A DNA stretch of 64,000 nucleotides from an uncultured Nitrososphaerota archaeon (lineage in GTDB: Archaea; Thermoproteota; Nitrososphaeria; Nitrososphaerales; Gagatemarchaeaceae), in NCBI GenBank assembly GCA_963703285.1, contig OY969807.1, positions 2,176,001-2,240,000 on the forward strand, given 5' to 3'. Positions within the stretch are counted from its first letter, which is position 1, and every line of letters begins with the position of its first letter. The translations under genes and the position numbers were made by a program. The notes under the pieces are model-generated. The model was given only the letters and a program-made list of their open reading frames with translations. It was not told the origin of the DNA and did no database searches. Positions 31,552 through 41,306 of this stretch are shown one piece after another.

Positions 31552-31791
31552 ATGATACGCGGATACTGCTGGAAGTGCAAGACCGCCGTCGGAGGCTTCC
31601 GAAGACCCGTTCCGTGGCAGTGCCACAAGTGCAGGAGCCTCTTCTGCGAGAGATGCTGCAGGAAGAAGGTGGGTTGGATCTTCAAGAAGCCCGTGTGTCC
31701 GGAGTGCGGGATAGAGCTGGCGGAGGGGGGCTCGAGGTTCGGGGGCGGATACCCGACGTCCGGCGGATCTTCGAGTTGGGCCCCGTGGTGA
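31552..31791 (+). CDS. Small Cys-rich zinc-finger protein (FYVE/RING-like spacing)
   Basis: Four CxxC pairs: CWKC, CHKC, CERC, CPEC. Confidence 0.7.
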   Translation: MIRGYCWKCKTAVGGFRRPVPWQCHKCRSLFCERCCRKKVGWIFKKPVCPECGIELAEGGSRFGGGYPTSGGSSSWAPW

Positions 31792-31797
31792 CGTGGT

Positions 31798-31986
31798 TCA
31801 GCCGTCATCCGAGAGCGCGTCCAGGTTGTAGTAGACGAAGGCCTTGGCGTCGATCTTGTTCCCGCACTTGGAGCACTCGAAGTACTCGATCCCTGTCTTG
31901 CTCTTCCGAACGAAATGAGCCCTCCTGCGGTTGCACCTGATGCAGTTGCCCTGGACGGTCTCTTCGTCCTCCGACCTCCTGCTCAG
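31798..31986 (-). CDS. Small zinc-ribbon protein (~62 aa, probable CTG start overlapping the TetR stop; not in ORF track)
   Basis: Translation ..GNCIRCNRRRAHF...YFECSKCGNKIDAKAFVYYN; host-like codon usage. Confidence 0.65.
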   Translation of the reverse strand: MSRRSEDEETVQGNCIRCNRRRAHFVRKSKTGIEYFECSKCGNKIDAKAFVYYNLDALSDDG

Positions 31987-32648
31987 TTCTCGCGCTTGTC
32001 CCGCGAACCCTCGGCCGTCAGGATTCGAGGCTCAGGCCGAGACGCGTCCGTCCCACGCTTCCCATGCGGATCCACACTGACAATCATGGCGAACGACTCC
32101 GTCCAGATTCTGTGAATCATGGAGGGCGGAAGGCCCAGTACAGACATGCGTGCGAGCCCGGAGTAGAGAGCGGTGAGCATCTCCGCCATGAGTCGCGTGT
32201 CACCCTTCTTCACCAGTCCCTTCTTGGCCTGCTCACGCACCAGTTCGTGAACGATGGCGAAGTAACTCTCCTGGTACTGCCTCAGGATCGACCTGACCCT
32301 CTCGTCGTACGTAGCGATGCCAGTCATCTCGAACATGATCCTGAATTGCGGTTGCCTCTCCTCGAACAGCTGCTTGTAGGCCTCCTCAAGCGCCGAATCA
32401 AGGTCCTTCCCTCGAAAGGCCGACTGCAGCCCGTCCCTCGACTTCTCCTGGGTCCACTTGTAAATCGCCTCAAGGAGGTCCTCCTTCCCGCCGAAGTAGA
32501 GGTATATCGCCCCCTTGCTGACCCCCAGCTCGGCGGCGACGTCGTCCATTGTCGACTCGCTGTAGCCCTTGGTAGAGAATATCTTGAAGCCGGCCTCCAC
32601 TATCTTCGACCGGGCCGCCTCCTTGTAGCCTGGGACGACCTTGGGCAT
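31983..32648 (-). CDS. TetR/AcrR family regulator
   Basis: KGYSESTMDDVAAELGVSKGAIYLYFGGKEDL. Confidence 0.93.
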   Translation of the reverse strand: MPKVVPGYKEAARSKIVEAGFKIFSTKGYSESTMDDVAAELGVSKGAIYLYFGGKEDLLEAIYKWTQEKSRDGLQSAFRGKDLDSALEEAYKQLFEERQPQFRIMFEMTGIATYDERVRSILRQYQESYFAIVHELVREQAKKGLVKKGDTRLMAEMLTALYSGLARMSVLGLPPSMIHRIWTESFAMIVSVDPHGKRGTDASRPEPRILTAEGSRDKREN

Positions 32649-32713
32649 GGGCAGGAATAAGATTACGAGAGCATTTAAACTATCTCATAGTCAGCTACGA
32701 TAAGTATATTAAG

Positions 32714-32726
32714 TGACTTACGGTCA
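32714..32726. promoter_or_regulatory. Putative TetR operator TGAC-N5-GTCA adjacent to TATA box
   Basis: tgacttacggtca directly after tatattaa (32705-32712) in the divergent tetR/MFS spacer. Confidence 0.6.
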
Positions 32727-32745
32727 GTATGTCAGGTCGACACAG

Positions 32746-34230
32746 ATGGAATCTCCGAAGTCCGGGGCCTCCCCAGCGCTGACCGGACAGCCGTCTGCAC
32801 GGCTTGACCCCCGCTACCCGACCAAGGTCCTGCTGACGGCGACAGCCGTCGCCCTCCTCCTCAACTACGTAGAGACGATGGTCATCCCCGGAATCCCCAA
32901 GATTCAGAATGACTTCGGGACCACATCTACCGTCGCCTCCTGGATAACGTCCGCCTTCCTCATCGTGGGGAGCGCGGTCGCGCCGCTCTTCGGGAAGCTC
33001 GGTGACACACACGGGAAGAAGAGGATGGTCCTGGTCTCTCTCGCATTCTACACCTTCGGGGTGGGGATAGCCGGCTTCTCACCGTCGATATACTTCCTAC
33101 TCCTCGCCAGGGCGGTCCAGGGGGTCGGGTTCGCGATAGTGCCGCTCTCTTTGGCCATAATAGCCGACACCTTCCCGAGGGAGAGGATAGCCGCGGCCCA
33201 GGGAGTGATCAGCGGGACTTTCGCAATAGGGGCAGCGGCGGGCCTGATAATAGGTTCCTACGTCGTCCAGGACCTCGGATGGCAGTACGCCTTCCATAGC
33301 GCTTTCATCCTCAGCATCGTCCTGGCCATCATCGTCTGGCGGGTCATCAAACCAGACACCCCCGGGCCCAGCCGTTCGGTCGACTATGCGGGGGCGGTGG
33401 TGTTGATGTCGGGCGTCACGCTTCTCCTCGTCTACGCGACCGAGGGACCCACTCTGGGGTGGCTCGTCCCCGAGGAGCTTGTCTTCCTCTTGCCGGGCGT
33501 AGCCCTTACCGTGGCCTTCTTCTTCTTCGAGAGGGGAAGGGTCGAGCCCCTCATCCGCCTCGACCTCCTGCGAATAAGGAACGTCCTGGTCGCAAACCTC
33601 ATCGGAATCGTCTCGGGTACCCTCATGTTCCTCCTGTTCTTCGCAGTGGTCTACTACGCCGAGATACAGTCGCCCTTCGGCCTCGGCCTCGGGATAATAG
33701 CCACCGGACTGACCATGGCCCCTGCGACGCTGGCTATGCTCGCTATCGGACCAGTCGCTGGCAGGGCCGTCGCCCACCTGGGTCCGAGGCCGATCCTGTT
33801 CCTCAGCGCCTTGGTCATGATGGCGGGACTCGGCCTCTTCATATTCCACAGGGCCACGCCCGAGGACCTCACCGTCGATACGATCTTCGCGCTAATCGGG
33901 GTCGTCTGCATGATAATACCGATCGTCAACATGGTAACCATCTCGCTGCCGAGGGAGACGACGGCGGTAGGGCTGGGAATCAACACTATGCTCAGGAACC
34001 TCGGGGGCGCCATCGGGCCTGTGGTCGCAACGGCCATCATGACGACCTACACGACCCCTCTGGTTGTCCAGGGCCACACCGTGGCGGAACTTCCTTCCGC
34101 TACTGCGTTCGACATCGTCTTCGAGGTCGCCCTGGTGCTCGCCGCAGGGGTGATCGTCCTCGCCTACACCAGCAGGAACTACACGTTCAGGCGCAACGGG
34201 AAGGGCTCGCCATCCCCAATGGCGTCTTGA
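32746..34230 (+). CDS. MFS drug-efflux-type transporter (14 TMS)
   Basis: GKLGDTHGKKR, ARAVQGVG, hydrophobic pattern; divergent from tetR. Confidence 0.9.
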   Translation: MESPKSGASPALTGQPSARLDPRYPTKVLLTATAVALLLNYVETMVIPGIPKIQNDFGTTSTVASWITSAFLIVGSAVAPLFGKLGDTHGKKRMVLVSLAFYTFGVGIAGFSPSIYFLLLARAVQGVGFAIVPLSLAIIADTFPRERIAAAQGVISGTFAIGAAAGLIIGSYVVQDLGWQYAFHSAFILSIVLAIIVWRVIKPDTPGPSRSVDYAGAVVLMSGVTLLLVYATEGPTLGWLVPEELVFLLPGVALTVAFFFFERGRVEPLIRLDLLRIRNVLVANLIGIVSGTLMFLLFFAVVYYAEIQSPFGLGLGIIATGLTMAPATLAMLAIGPVAGRAVAHLGPRPILFLSALVMMAGLGLFIFHRATPEDLTVDTIFALIGVVCMIIPIVNMVTISLPRETTAVGLGINTMLRNLGGAIGPVVATAIMTTYTTPLVVQGHTVAELPSATAFDIVFEVALVLAAGVIVLAYTSRNYTFRRNGKGSPSPMAS

Positions 34231-34374
34231 GCAAGCGCGATCCCGATAATCCATTCAAGGGGAACCCGATACCCGTGAAGCGGAGCAGAAGCTACTTCCA
34301 GCGACTCGTCGTCAAAAGGACGATTTCGCGACCTACCCACGCCTCGCATCCCCGGGTTGGATGATACAATAATT

Positions 34375-34803
34375 CTATGGTTGAGTGATTTTTATGGCCA
34401 AAGTCGGGCAGCTGGTCTCGCAGGCCATGCAAAATATACAATCAGCCTCTCGTACGGGGTCGGACTTGTCGGTCCTCCACTGGTCCCACTCCGGGGTGCC
34501 AGGGTCCACCAGCTTCTCCTTGCCCGTGCCAGCCTGGCCCGGGTTCAGGAGCCACTCGAAGACGAACACGGGGCAGACGTCCATGCACACTCCGTCCGCG
34601 ATGCACGCTTCGAAGTCCACGGCGACAGCGGTACCGTGGATGCCGTTCGTGGTGGGATAGGGCTTGCCATCGGCGTCCATCCTGGCCTTGCCTCCGCTCC
34701 TGACTATGTGGGAGGCGTGCGTGCCGGTCTCAGGGAATTCGTCCGGTTTTTGGAGGAAGTTAGGGTCTATGGCCTTGGTCTTGTAATCCACTTCATGAAC
34801 CAT
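34375..34803 (-). CDS. Zinc-containing dicluster ferredoxin (Zfx-type)
   Basis: IDPNF, HxxH, GIHG, CIADGVCMDVCP, SDP, CIFCMACETSCP. Confidence 0.9.
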   Translation of the reverse strand: MVHEVDYKTKAIDPNFLQKPDEFPETGTHASHIVRSGGKARMDADGKPYPTTNGIHGTAVAVDFEACIADGVCMDVCPVFVFEWLLNPGQAGTGKEKLVDPGTPEWDQWRTDKSDPVREADCIFCMACETSCPTLAIKITQP

Positions 34804-34849
34804 TTAGGCTGTCTCGTGCCGGACCACCTAGGCCCGGTTATAAGTTTGT

Positions 34850-35557
34850 TCAATCACGCCGGCGCTTCCTCTTCAAAACCCTGAAGCCGCCGTCCTGCTG
34901 TATGACGTAGACCTCCACCTCCCCGGGGGTGAAGATGCCCGACTCGACGACCCCGTCTATCGACTTGATCTCGGCCTCGAGGACCGCGGGCCTCTCGATG
35001 GGCTCAAAGCCTACGTCGAAGAGCAGGTTCCCATTCTCCGTGTAGAAGGGGAACCCCCTCTCGCCGAGCCTTATCCTGGGCTCGCCCCCTATCTCGCGCA
35101 GCCTCTCCGCGACCGGGACGCGGGCGAAGGGGTGCGCCTCGACCGGGACCTTCACGCCTCCGCTGCAGAGCTTCCCGGCGAGCTTCCTCTCGTCCGCGAC
35201 AATCAGCGCCCGGGCGGCGTTGCCGATCACCACCTTCTCCCTGAAGAGCGCCCCGCCGCCCCCCTTGATGAGGTTCAGTTCGCGGTCGATCTGGTCGGCA
35301 CCGTCAAGGACCAGGTCGAGCGCCGGCCTGTCGATGGAAGAGATCTCCTGATGGAGGGCCTGCGCCACGAGCTGTATCTGCAGTGACGTCGGAACCCACC
35401 GCGCCCTGACATCCCTCCGCTTCATCTCCCTGGTTATCGTCGGCAGGACGGCGGCAACCGTGGTCCCGGACCCCAGTCCCAGGAGCGCACCCCTCCTGAT
35501 TCTCGTGGATATCGCGACGCCGATCTTCTCGATGCTCTCGGCTCGCAGGTCCTTCAA
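34850..35557 (-). CDS. rpiA: Ribose-5-phosphate isomerase A
   Basis: GLGSGTT, DGADQ, IKGGGGALFREK, GVVESGIF. Confidence 0.95.
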   Translation of the reverse strand: MKDLRAESIEKIGVAISTRIRRGALLGLGSGTTVAAVLPTITREMKRRDVRARWVPTSLQIQLVAQALHQEISSIDRPALDLVLDGADQIDRELNLIKGGGGALFREKVVIGNAARALIVADERKLAGKLCSGGVKVPVEAHPFARVPVAERLREIGGEPRIRLGERGFPFYTENGNLLFDVGFEPIERPAVLEAEIKSIDGVVESGIFTPGEVEVYVIQQDGGFRVLKRKRRRD

Positions 35558-36246
35558 GCGGTCTCGTTCTCTTTCCTTGTGTCAATCTGCTCGAGCTCGG
35601 CGAGGGCGTCCATCACCTCGTCCCGCAGGGCCCTAACCCGCTTCTCGCCCTCGCTGTCGTCCCTCTTGACCGGAGCCTTCCTCTCGATGACCTCCTCCAG
35701 GTCGTCTGTCTGTGGAATCGGGGCCACGGCGACGGCCCTTGCCGGCCGCTGGGGCTCCTGCCTCAGCTCCTCCCTCATGGGCTGCAGCCTCTCCTTGGCC
35801 TGGTCTAGTCGTGATTCGATGTTCTGTATCTTGTCCCTGAAGAGAGAGACGAGCTCATCTCTGAGGTTCTCGAGCTCGCCGACCTCGACCACGAGCTCCT
35901 TGTCCCTCAGCTTTGCCTCGAACTCCCTTATCTGAGAGCTGTACTTGCGCGCGATGATCTCCCTCTCCTCCCTCGTTATCTGGCCGTCGCTCTCCGCCTC
36001 GTAGACTTTGGTCAGGGCGGCCGAGAGCAGGTCCCGCTCGAGCATGAGGGTCCGCATCTCCCTCTTGGAGGCGTCGAGCTGGTCGACGGTGACCGACTTC
36101 CTCCTGATCTGGCCGGTCTCGTCCCGCTGGATTACCTGCACCTTCGTCCTCCCTCCCCTCCTGTAGAACACGAAGTACGAGACCCCGAGCCCGACGGCCG
36201 CCCCGCCAGCGACCCCGACGGCGAGCGTGGCCGGGTCTAGAGACAT
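35554..36246 (-). CDS. Membrane-anchored coiled-coil hypothetical protein
   Basis: N-terminal TM helix followed by E/K/R-rich heptads. Confidence 0.75.
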   Translation of the reverse strand: MSLDPATLAVGVAGGAAVGLGVSYFVFYRRGGRTKVQVIQRDETGQIRRKSVTVDQLDASKREMRTLMLERDLLSAALTKVYEAESDGQITREEREIIARKYSSQIREFEAKLRDKELVVEVGELENLRDELVSLFRDKIQNIESRLDQAKERLQPMREELRQEPQRPARAVAVAPIPQTDDLEEVIERKAPVKRDDSEGEKRVRALRDEVMDALAELEQIDTRKENETA

Positions 36247-36335
36247 GTCCCAATCCCCGCAGATATCGCGCTAAATCGGTCTGACAATTGACGCGCTCTA
36301 GACAAGCCCTTGCTCAGGATATTAAGCTTAGGTGG

Positions 36336-36566
36336 TCATCCGGGGGGAGGAGAGATCATGATGATGTTGTCTCCCCTGACGATGAGCGTTCCGAGCGTCG
36401 TCGAGGTGCCTTCCTCCGTGACCTCTTCCGCGTTCTCGAGCGAGAGGTTCATGTGCTGGTCGAACCCCTGAAGAGAGCCGCGTATGATCTTCCCGCCCTT
36501 CAGCTTGATCAGGACGACCTTCCCGAGGCTCCTGTCGAGCTCCTTGATTGCCATGTCGACCGACAC
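36336..36566 (-). CDS. Sm-like archaeal protein (SmAP/Lsm)
   Basis: VLIKLKGG..IRGSLQGFDQHMNLSL, IVRGDNIIMIS. Confidence 0.94.
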   Translation of the reverse strand: MSVDMAIKELDRSLGKVVLIKLKGGKIIRGSLQGFDQHMNLSLENAEEVTEEGTSTTLGTLIVRGDNIIMISPPPG

Positions 36567-36637
36567 TAGGGGATCACTAAGCGTTTCGTGGCTTTCGGGA
36601 GTGGCTTTATTAAACTGATGGGTAGAGCGGCCCGAGC

Positions 36638-37120
36638 TTGAAGAGACAGGTCGCGTCGAAGCGAGAGTCCCGTGACTACATCGAGACCGTGCGGTCCTCC
36701 TCGGGGATGAAGCTCGACGTCCCGCGCTCCGCTCAGGTCGAGGTCGTTGAGCCACAGCCAGGGGTCAGGTTCCTCGTGATCGACGGCAGGCACACCTTCG
36801 TGGAGAAGGACGGATCGCTCATCCCGTACGTCGGCTCCCAGGAGACCGTCGCCCTGCTGCCGTCGGCATTCATCGACGACGGTGCCGTGAGGTTCATCCT
36901 GAAGGGTGCCGACGTGATGCGTCCCGGGATTGTGAGGTACGACCCCTGGGGCGCGAAGGACTCGCTCGTCGTCATCAGGGACGACGCGAAGGGGAGGGCG
37001 CTGGCCATCGGGAAGGCGAGCGTCGCGAGCGACGAGATGCTGGGGATGAGCAAGGGCGTCTCGATAAGGAGCCTGCACCACGCCGGGGACGCTTTCTGGG
37101 AGTCCCACAAGCTGATGTGA
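36638..37120 (+). CDS. PUA-domain RNA-binding protein (DUF1947/MCT-1-like)
   Basis: IDDGAVRFILKGADVMRPGI, LHHAGD. Confidence 0.9.
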   Translation: MKRQVASKRESRDYIETVRSSSGMKLDVPRSAQVEVVEPQPGVRFLVIDGRHTFVEKDGSLIPYVGSQETVALLPSAFIDDGAVRFILKGADVMRPGIVRYDPWGAKDSLVVIRDDAKGRALAIGKASVASDEMLGMSKGVSIRSLHHAGDAFWESHKLM

Positions 37121-37254
37121 GAGTGAGCGCGGCTTTGGCCTCGGGGGAACGCGAATCTGAGGCGCCACCCGTCTCAGGCGCCCGACTGACCGGTGGGAAC
37201 TGTCTTCGTTTAGGTTTAAAAAGGGGACGCGGTCTGTTTGGCTGACAGATTTAG

Positions 37255-37560
37255 TTGGAATCGGGTTTGAGCGAAGAGACAGACTCCCAGGAGAAGGGGA
37301 CCGATATCCTCCTCAAGGCTCTGCAGCTGAAGAGCCTCGACGAGATACCGAAGATCGAGGAGGACGTGGCGAAGAGGGTGATAGTCATACTCAGGGTCAC
37401 TCCGCTGGCCCAGAAGAGCGTCGAGGAGTTGAAGGGGGCTGTGGAACAGCTCTACGAGTTCTCGACCTCGATCGGCGGAGACATGGCGAGGCTGGGCGAG
37501 GAGAGGATAGTCATAACCCCTCCAGGGGTGCGGATCTGGAGAGGGTCGCTCGCTCAGTAG
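37255..37560 (+). CDS. sepF: Cell-division protein SepF
   Basis: IVILRVTPL, IGGDMARLGEERIVITPPGVRI. Confidence 0.85.
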   Translation: MESGLSEETDSQEKGTDILLKALQLKSLDEIPKIEEDVAKRVIVILRVTPLAQKSVEELKGAVEQLYEFSTSIGGDMARLGEERIVITPPGVRIWRGSLAQ

Positions 37561-39467
37561 AGCCTGATTGCTTCCTGGACTGCGGGCCTCAGCGTGGGGA
37601 CCCGGTAGATTCTCTGTATCACGTAAGAGAGGTTCTCGAGCTTCCTCTTCTCCCCGTGGTTTACGATGACCTGCTGCAGCTTCGGCCTCATCTTCCCGAT
37701 GAAGCGTATTATCTGGTTGTAGTCGCTGTGCCCGCTGAACCCCTCGACCTTCTGTACCTGGCACTTGACGTCCACTATCTTGATTTTCCCGTTGTCTCCC
37801 AGCAGGCTGGCCTGGTGCGCGCCGTCGAGGACCCTCCTGCCTAGCGTCCCTTGGACCTGGTAGGAGACGAAGAGGATCTTGTTCCTCTCGGAGGGCGCGA
37901 TCTGCTCGAAGTACTGGAGGACCGGGCCCCCCTCGAGCATCCCCGAGGTGGCCATGATGACCGCCGGACCCTCCCTCAGGGCCTCCTCCCTCCCCGACGG
38001 GTGCTCTATCGACGTGAAGTACTCGGAGACGAACGGGTTGATGCCCTGGTCGAGCATCTTGGACCTGAGTTCCCTGGACAGGTAGTCGGCGTATGAGACG
38101 TGGATGGCCGTCGCCTCCGATATCATCCCCTCGAGGAAGACCGGGGCCTCGGTGAGCACCTTGTTCCTCATGTACTGGTCGAGGACGAGGATGATCTCCT
38201 GCGCCCTTCCGACCGCGGGTATCGGTATGACGACCTTGCCGCCCTCGGAGAGGGTCCTGTTGATGGCGTTGACGAAGTTCATCTCCACCTCCTCCCGCTG
38301 TGGCATGATGTCCTCCTTGGCGCCGTAGGTGCCCTCGGTTATCAGAGTCTCGACCCTGGGATAGTTCCAGGCGGCGGAGTCGAAGAGTTGCGTCCGCCCG
38401 TACTTGTAGTCGCCCGTGTAGACGATGTTGTGGACCCCCTCCCCTATGTGGAGGTGAACGGTCGCCGAACCCAGGATGTGACCCGCGTTGTTGAAGACGA
38501 GCTTGATGTCCGGCGAGACGTCGGTGACCGTGCCGTACTGGAGCGTTACGGCGTGCTGGATCATGTCCCGGATGTCCTTCTGGTCGTAGAGGATCCGCCC
38601 TCCCTCGATCTGTGCGATTTTGATGTAGTCGCTCTGGAGCAGCGTCATCAGGGGGAGCGTCGGCTCGGTGCAGTAGACGGGCCCCGAGTACCCGAACTTG
38701 AAGAGGGCGGGGAGGAACCCCATGTGATCCAGGTGGGCGTGGCTTATGATCACTGCGTCGAGCTCGTTGAGCTGGACGTCCGCCCAGTCGAGCCTGGGGT
38801 ATGCGTCCCAGGCGTTCCTTGACCCCGGATGGATTCCCGCGTCGAGGAGTATCTTGCTCTCCGACGTCTCGACGAGGAAGCACGAACGCCCGACCTCCTG
38901 CCCCGCGCCGAGGCACTTTATCGTGATCTGCTCCGACGTCGTGAACCTCGGCCTGAAGATGGTCTCCCCGAGGTCGCGGTAGAACCTCTCCCTCTCGTCC
39001 GCCCCCGTCTTCAGGGCGTAGTGGATGGTCTGGATGGCGCTGGAAGCGACGTGCGGAGACTTCCTGACCTTGATCTTCCAGCCCGTCTGCTCCATAAGCC
39101 CCGCCACGTCGTAGCCGTTCTCGGAGGCCAGCAGCTTCGGAGTATTGGCCTCGATGGTTATCTCGCCCGTAGCGTCGTCGAAGAAGTAGTTGGTGGCCCC
39201 AGCCTCGACCGGGATCGCCTTGTCGAGGATGGACCGGACGTCCTGCTCCGGCTTCCTGATCGACTTCTCGGTGCGGGTGACGACGCGCTTCTTGACGGAG
39301 TTGACTATCTCGGAGATGATGTAGTTGTTCTGGTGGAGGTACTTGGGGTTCTTGGTGTAGAGGGCGATCCTCGGACCCTCGTACTCTATCCTGGTGATCT
39401 GAGCCTCCGCTGGGATACTGTTGAGTATCGTACTCATTAGGCTGACTTGACTTGCCTTCTGCGCCAA
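37554..39467 (-). CDS. fttA: Beta-CASP ribonuclease aCPSF1/FttA
   Basis: N-terminal KH domains, EVGRSC, HAHLDH, AGHILGS, FSGHSD, NHGE. Confidence 0.96.
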   Translation of the reverse strand: MAQKASQVSLMSTILNSIPAEAQITRIEYEGPRIALYTKNPKYLHQNNYIISEIVNSVKKRVVTRTEKSIRKPEQDVRSILDKAIPVEAGATNYFFDDATGEITIEANTPKLLASENGYDVAGLMEQTGWKIKVRKSPHVASSAIQTIHYALKTGADERERFYRDLGETIFRPRFTTSEQITIKCLGAGQEVGRSCFLVETSESKILLDAGIHPGSRNAWDAYPRLDWADVQLNELDAVIISHAHLDHMGFLPALFKFGYSGPVYCTEPTLPLMTLLQSDYIKIAQIEGGRILYDQKDIRDMIQHAVTLQYGTVTDVSPDIKLVFNNAGHILGSATVHLHIGEGVHNIVYTGDYKYGRTQLFDSAAWNYPRVETLITEGTYGAKEDIMPQREEVEMNFVNAINRTLSEGGKVVIPIPAVGRAQEIILVLDQYMRNKVLTEAPVFLEGMISEATAIHVSYADYLSRELRSKMLDQGINPFVSEYFTSIEHPSGREEALREGPAVIMATSGMLEGGPVLQYFEQIAPSERNKILFVSYQVQGTLGRRVLDGAHQASLLGDNGKIKIVDVKCQVQKVEGFSGHSDYNQIIRFIGKMRPKLQQVIVNHGEKRKLENLSYVIQRIYRVPTLRPAVQEAIRLY

Positions 39468-39470
39468 ACG

Positions 39471-40131
39471 TTAACTGCGACCCGCAAACTGACCCAGGAG
39501 CTTCTCCTTGTCCTGCTCCGAGACCTCCCTGAAGCCCGACTCGTCCATTATGGCGATGTCAAAGTGGTCTCCCGTGAACACATTCCTCCTCATGGCAGCG
39601 ATGATCGCGTTCGCCGCCACGGGCAGCGCCTTTGCAACTGTCATGCCCTCGTGATAGCCCTCCTCGAGGACGCCCCAGCGCCACGGGGGAACCGCTCCCC
39701 GTCGAGGTGACGTTCTCCTTGAGCACCGACCCGAAGAAGTCCAGGTTGTATATCGAGCCCCCGGACCTGTCGTAGCCCCCGACGATTACGGACGCGATGA
39801 AGGGGTAGTAGCGGGACGAGAAGAGGATGTTCGAGAGTATCCTCGCAGCCGACTTGACCGGCAGCGGGACGCCCTTCTCTATCTGGTAGCTCCTGGAGTA
39901 GTACTTCAGAGTGTCAATCACGTTCTGGGCGTCCGCGACACCACCCGATATCGTGACGGCCAAGTTGTCGGAGACCTGGAGGAGCTTCTTGCCCCTCTTG
40001 TGCGCAATGAAACCGCCCGCCGTGACCCTCGTGTCCGTGGCGAGTATGACTCCGTCTGAACAGACGAGACCGACCGTCGTCGTCCCGTGGTACGTCGCGT
40101 TACCTGGCTGTTCTTGGTTCAGCTTGTTCAA
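39471..40131 (-). CDS. psmB: Proteasome beta subunit, catalytic (apparent +1 error near 39676)
   Basis: Propeptide then G|TTTVG, DTRVT, STGSGSP; adjacent to fttA. Confidence 0.93.
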
Positions 40132-40267
40132 CTTGTCTCACAATAATCCGACAGGTCGCCCCCGGAGGGACGAACCTGGGAGCGCCGGGTCTCTTAATTA
40201 ACTTTTGCATTGACGAAGGCGAACTTCTGGACGAAGCTTATTATCTCGTCCGCGGGCGCTCGCCCTC

Positions 40268-41306
40268 ATGCGTCCTCGCTGGCATTTGATGGAGCTGCCG
40301 CAGAGGATCCTGATCGGGGAGGACATCCTCCGGCTCCTGGGCGAGTTTCTGGAGATGCCGAAGAGCGCGAGGATCGTCGTGGCCTCGGGGCTGAACGTCC
40401 AGCAGAAGGTCAGGGAGGTCGTGGCCGCCTCCCTAAGGGGGAGGGTGAGCTGGGTGGACGTCGAGTCGTCGGACATGAAGAACGTCCACTCGGTGATGAG
40501 GGCCTCCAAGGAGGCGAGGTGCATAATCGGCCTCGGGGGAGGCAAGTCGGTCGACGTCGGCAAGCTAGCGGCGTCGAAGCTGAACCTCCCTTTCTTCTCC
40601 GTCCCGACCAGCGCGTCCCACGACGGGATAGCGAGCCCCTTCGCCTCGATCCGGGGGACTGAGAAGCACTACTCGATCAAGGCGAAGCCGCCGGTCGGGA
40701 TTCTCGCCGACGTTGAGCTGATAGCGGCTGCGCCTCCCCGGCTCTTCGCGGCTGGCTGCGGGGACCTGGTCGCGAAGCTGACCGCCGTCAACGACTGGCA
40801 GCTGGGGCACGATCCAGACGGGGGAGTACTACGGGGAGTACGCTGCGAATCTTGCGCTCATGAGCGGCAGGCTCGTGATAAACAACTCGAAGAGGATGGC
40901 GCCCGGGGACATGTCGGCGGTCCGCGACCTCGTCGAGGCGCTGATAAGCACCGGCGTCGCGGCCGGCATAGCAGGGAGCAGCAGGCCGTGCAGCGGGTCA
41001 GAGCACCTGTTCAGCCATGCCCTGGACGTGATCTCGCCGGGCAACGGACTCCACGGCGAGAAGTGCGGGATCGGGACGATAATGGTCGCAAAGCTGCAGG
41101 GGCTCGACTGGCGCTCGGTCAGGTCGGCGCTCAATGACGTAAAGGCCCCGGTCACCGCCGACGCCATCTCGGTCTCGGACAGCGAGGTGGTCGAGGCGCT
41201 GGTGAGAGCCTCGGAGATCCGCCCCGACCGCTACACTATCCTCTCGAAGGTCAGGCTGACGGGGAGCACGGCCCGGGAGCTCGCCGAGGACACGGGCGTT
41301 ATCTAG
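40268..41306 (+). CDS. egsA: Glycerol-1-phosphate dehydrogenase (apparent +1 error near 40814)
   Basis: GGGKSVDVGK, PTSASHDGIAS, SRPCSGSEHLFSH, HGEKCG, RPDRYTIL. Confidence 0.94.

Noticed and set aside
37130-37200. TPP riboswitch (CTGAGA on the minus strand)
   Set aside because: The downstream conserved TPP elements are absent and no thiamine gene is adjacent.
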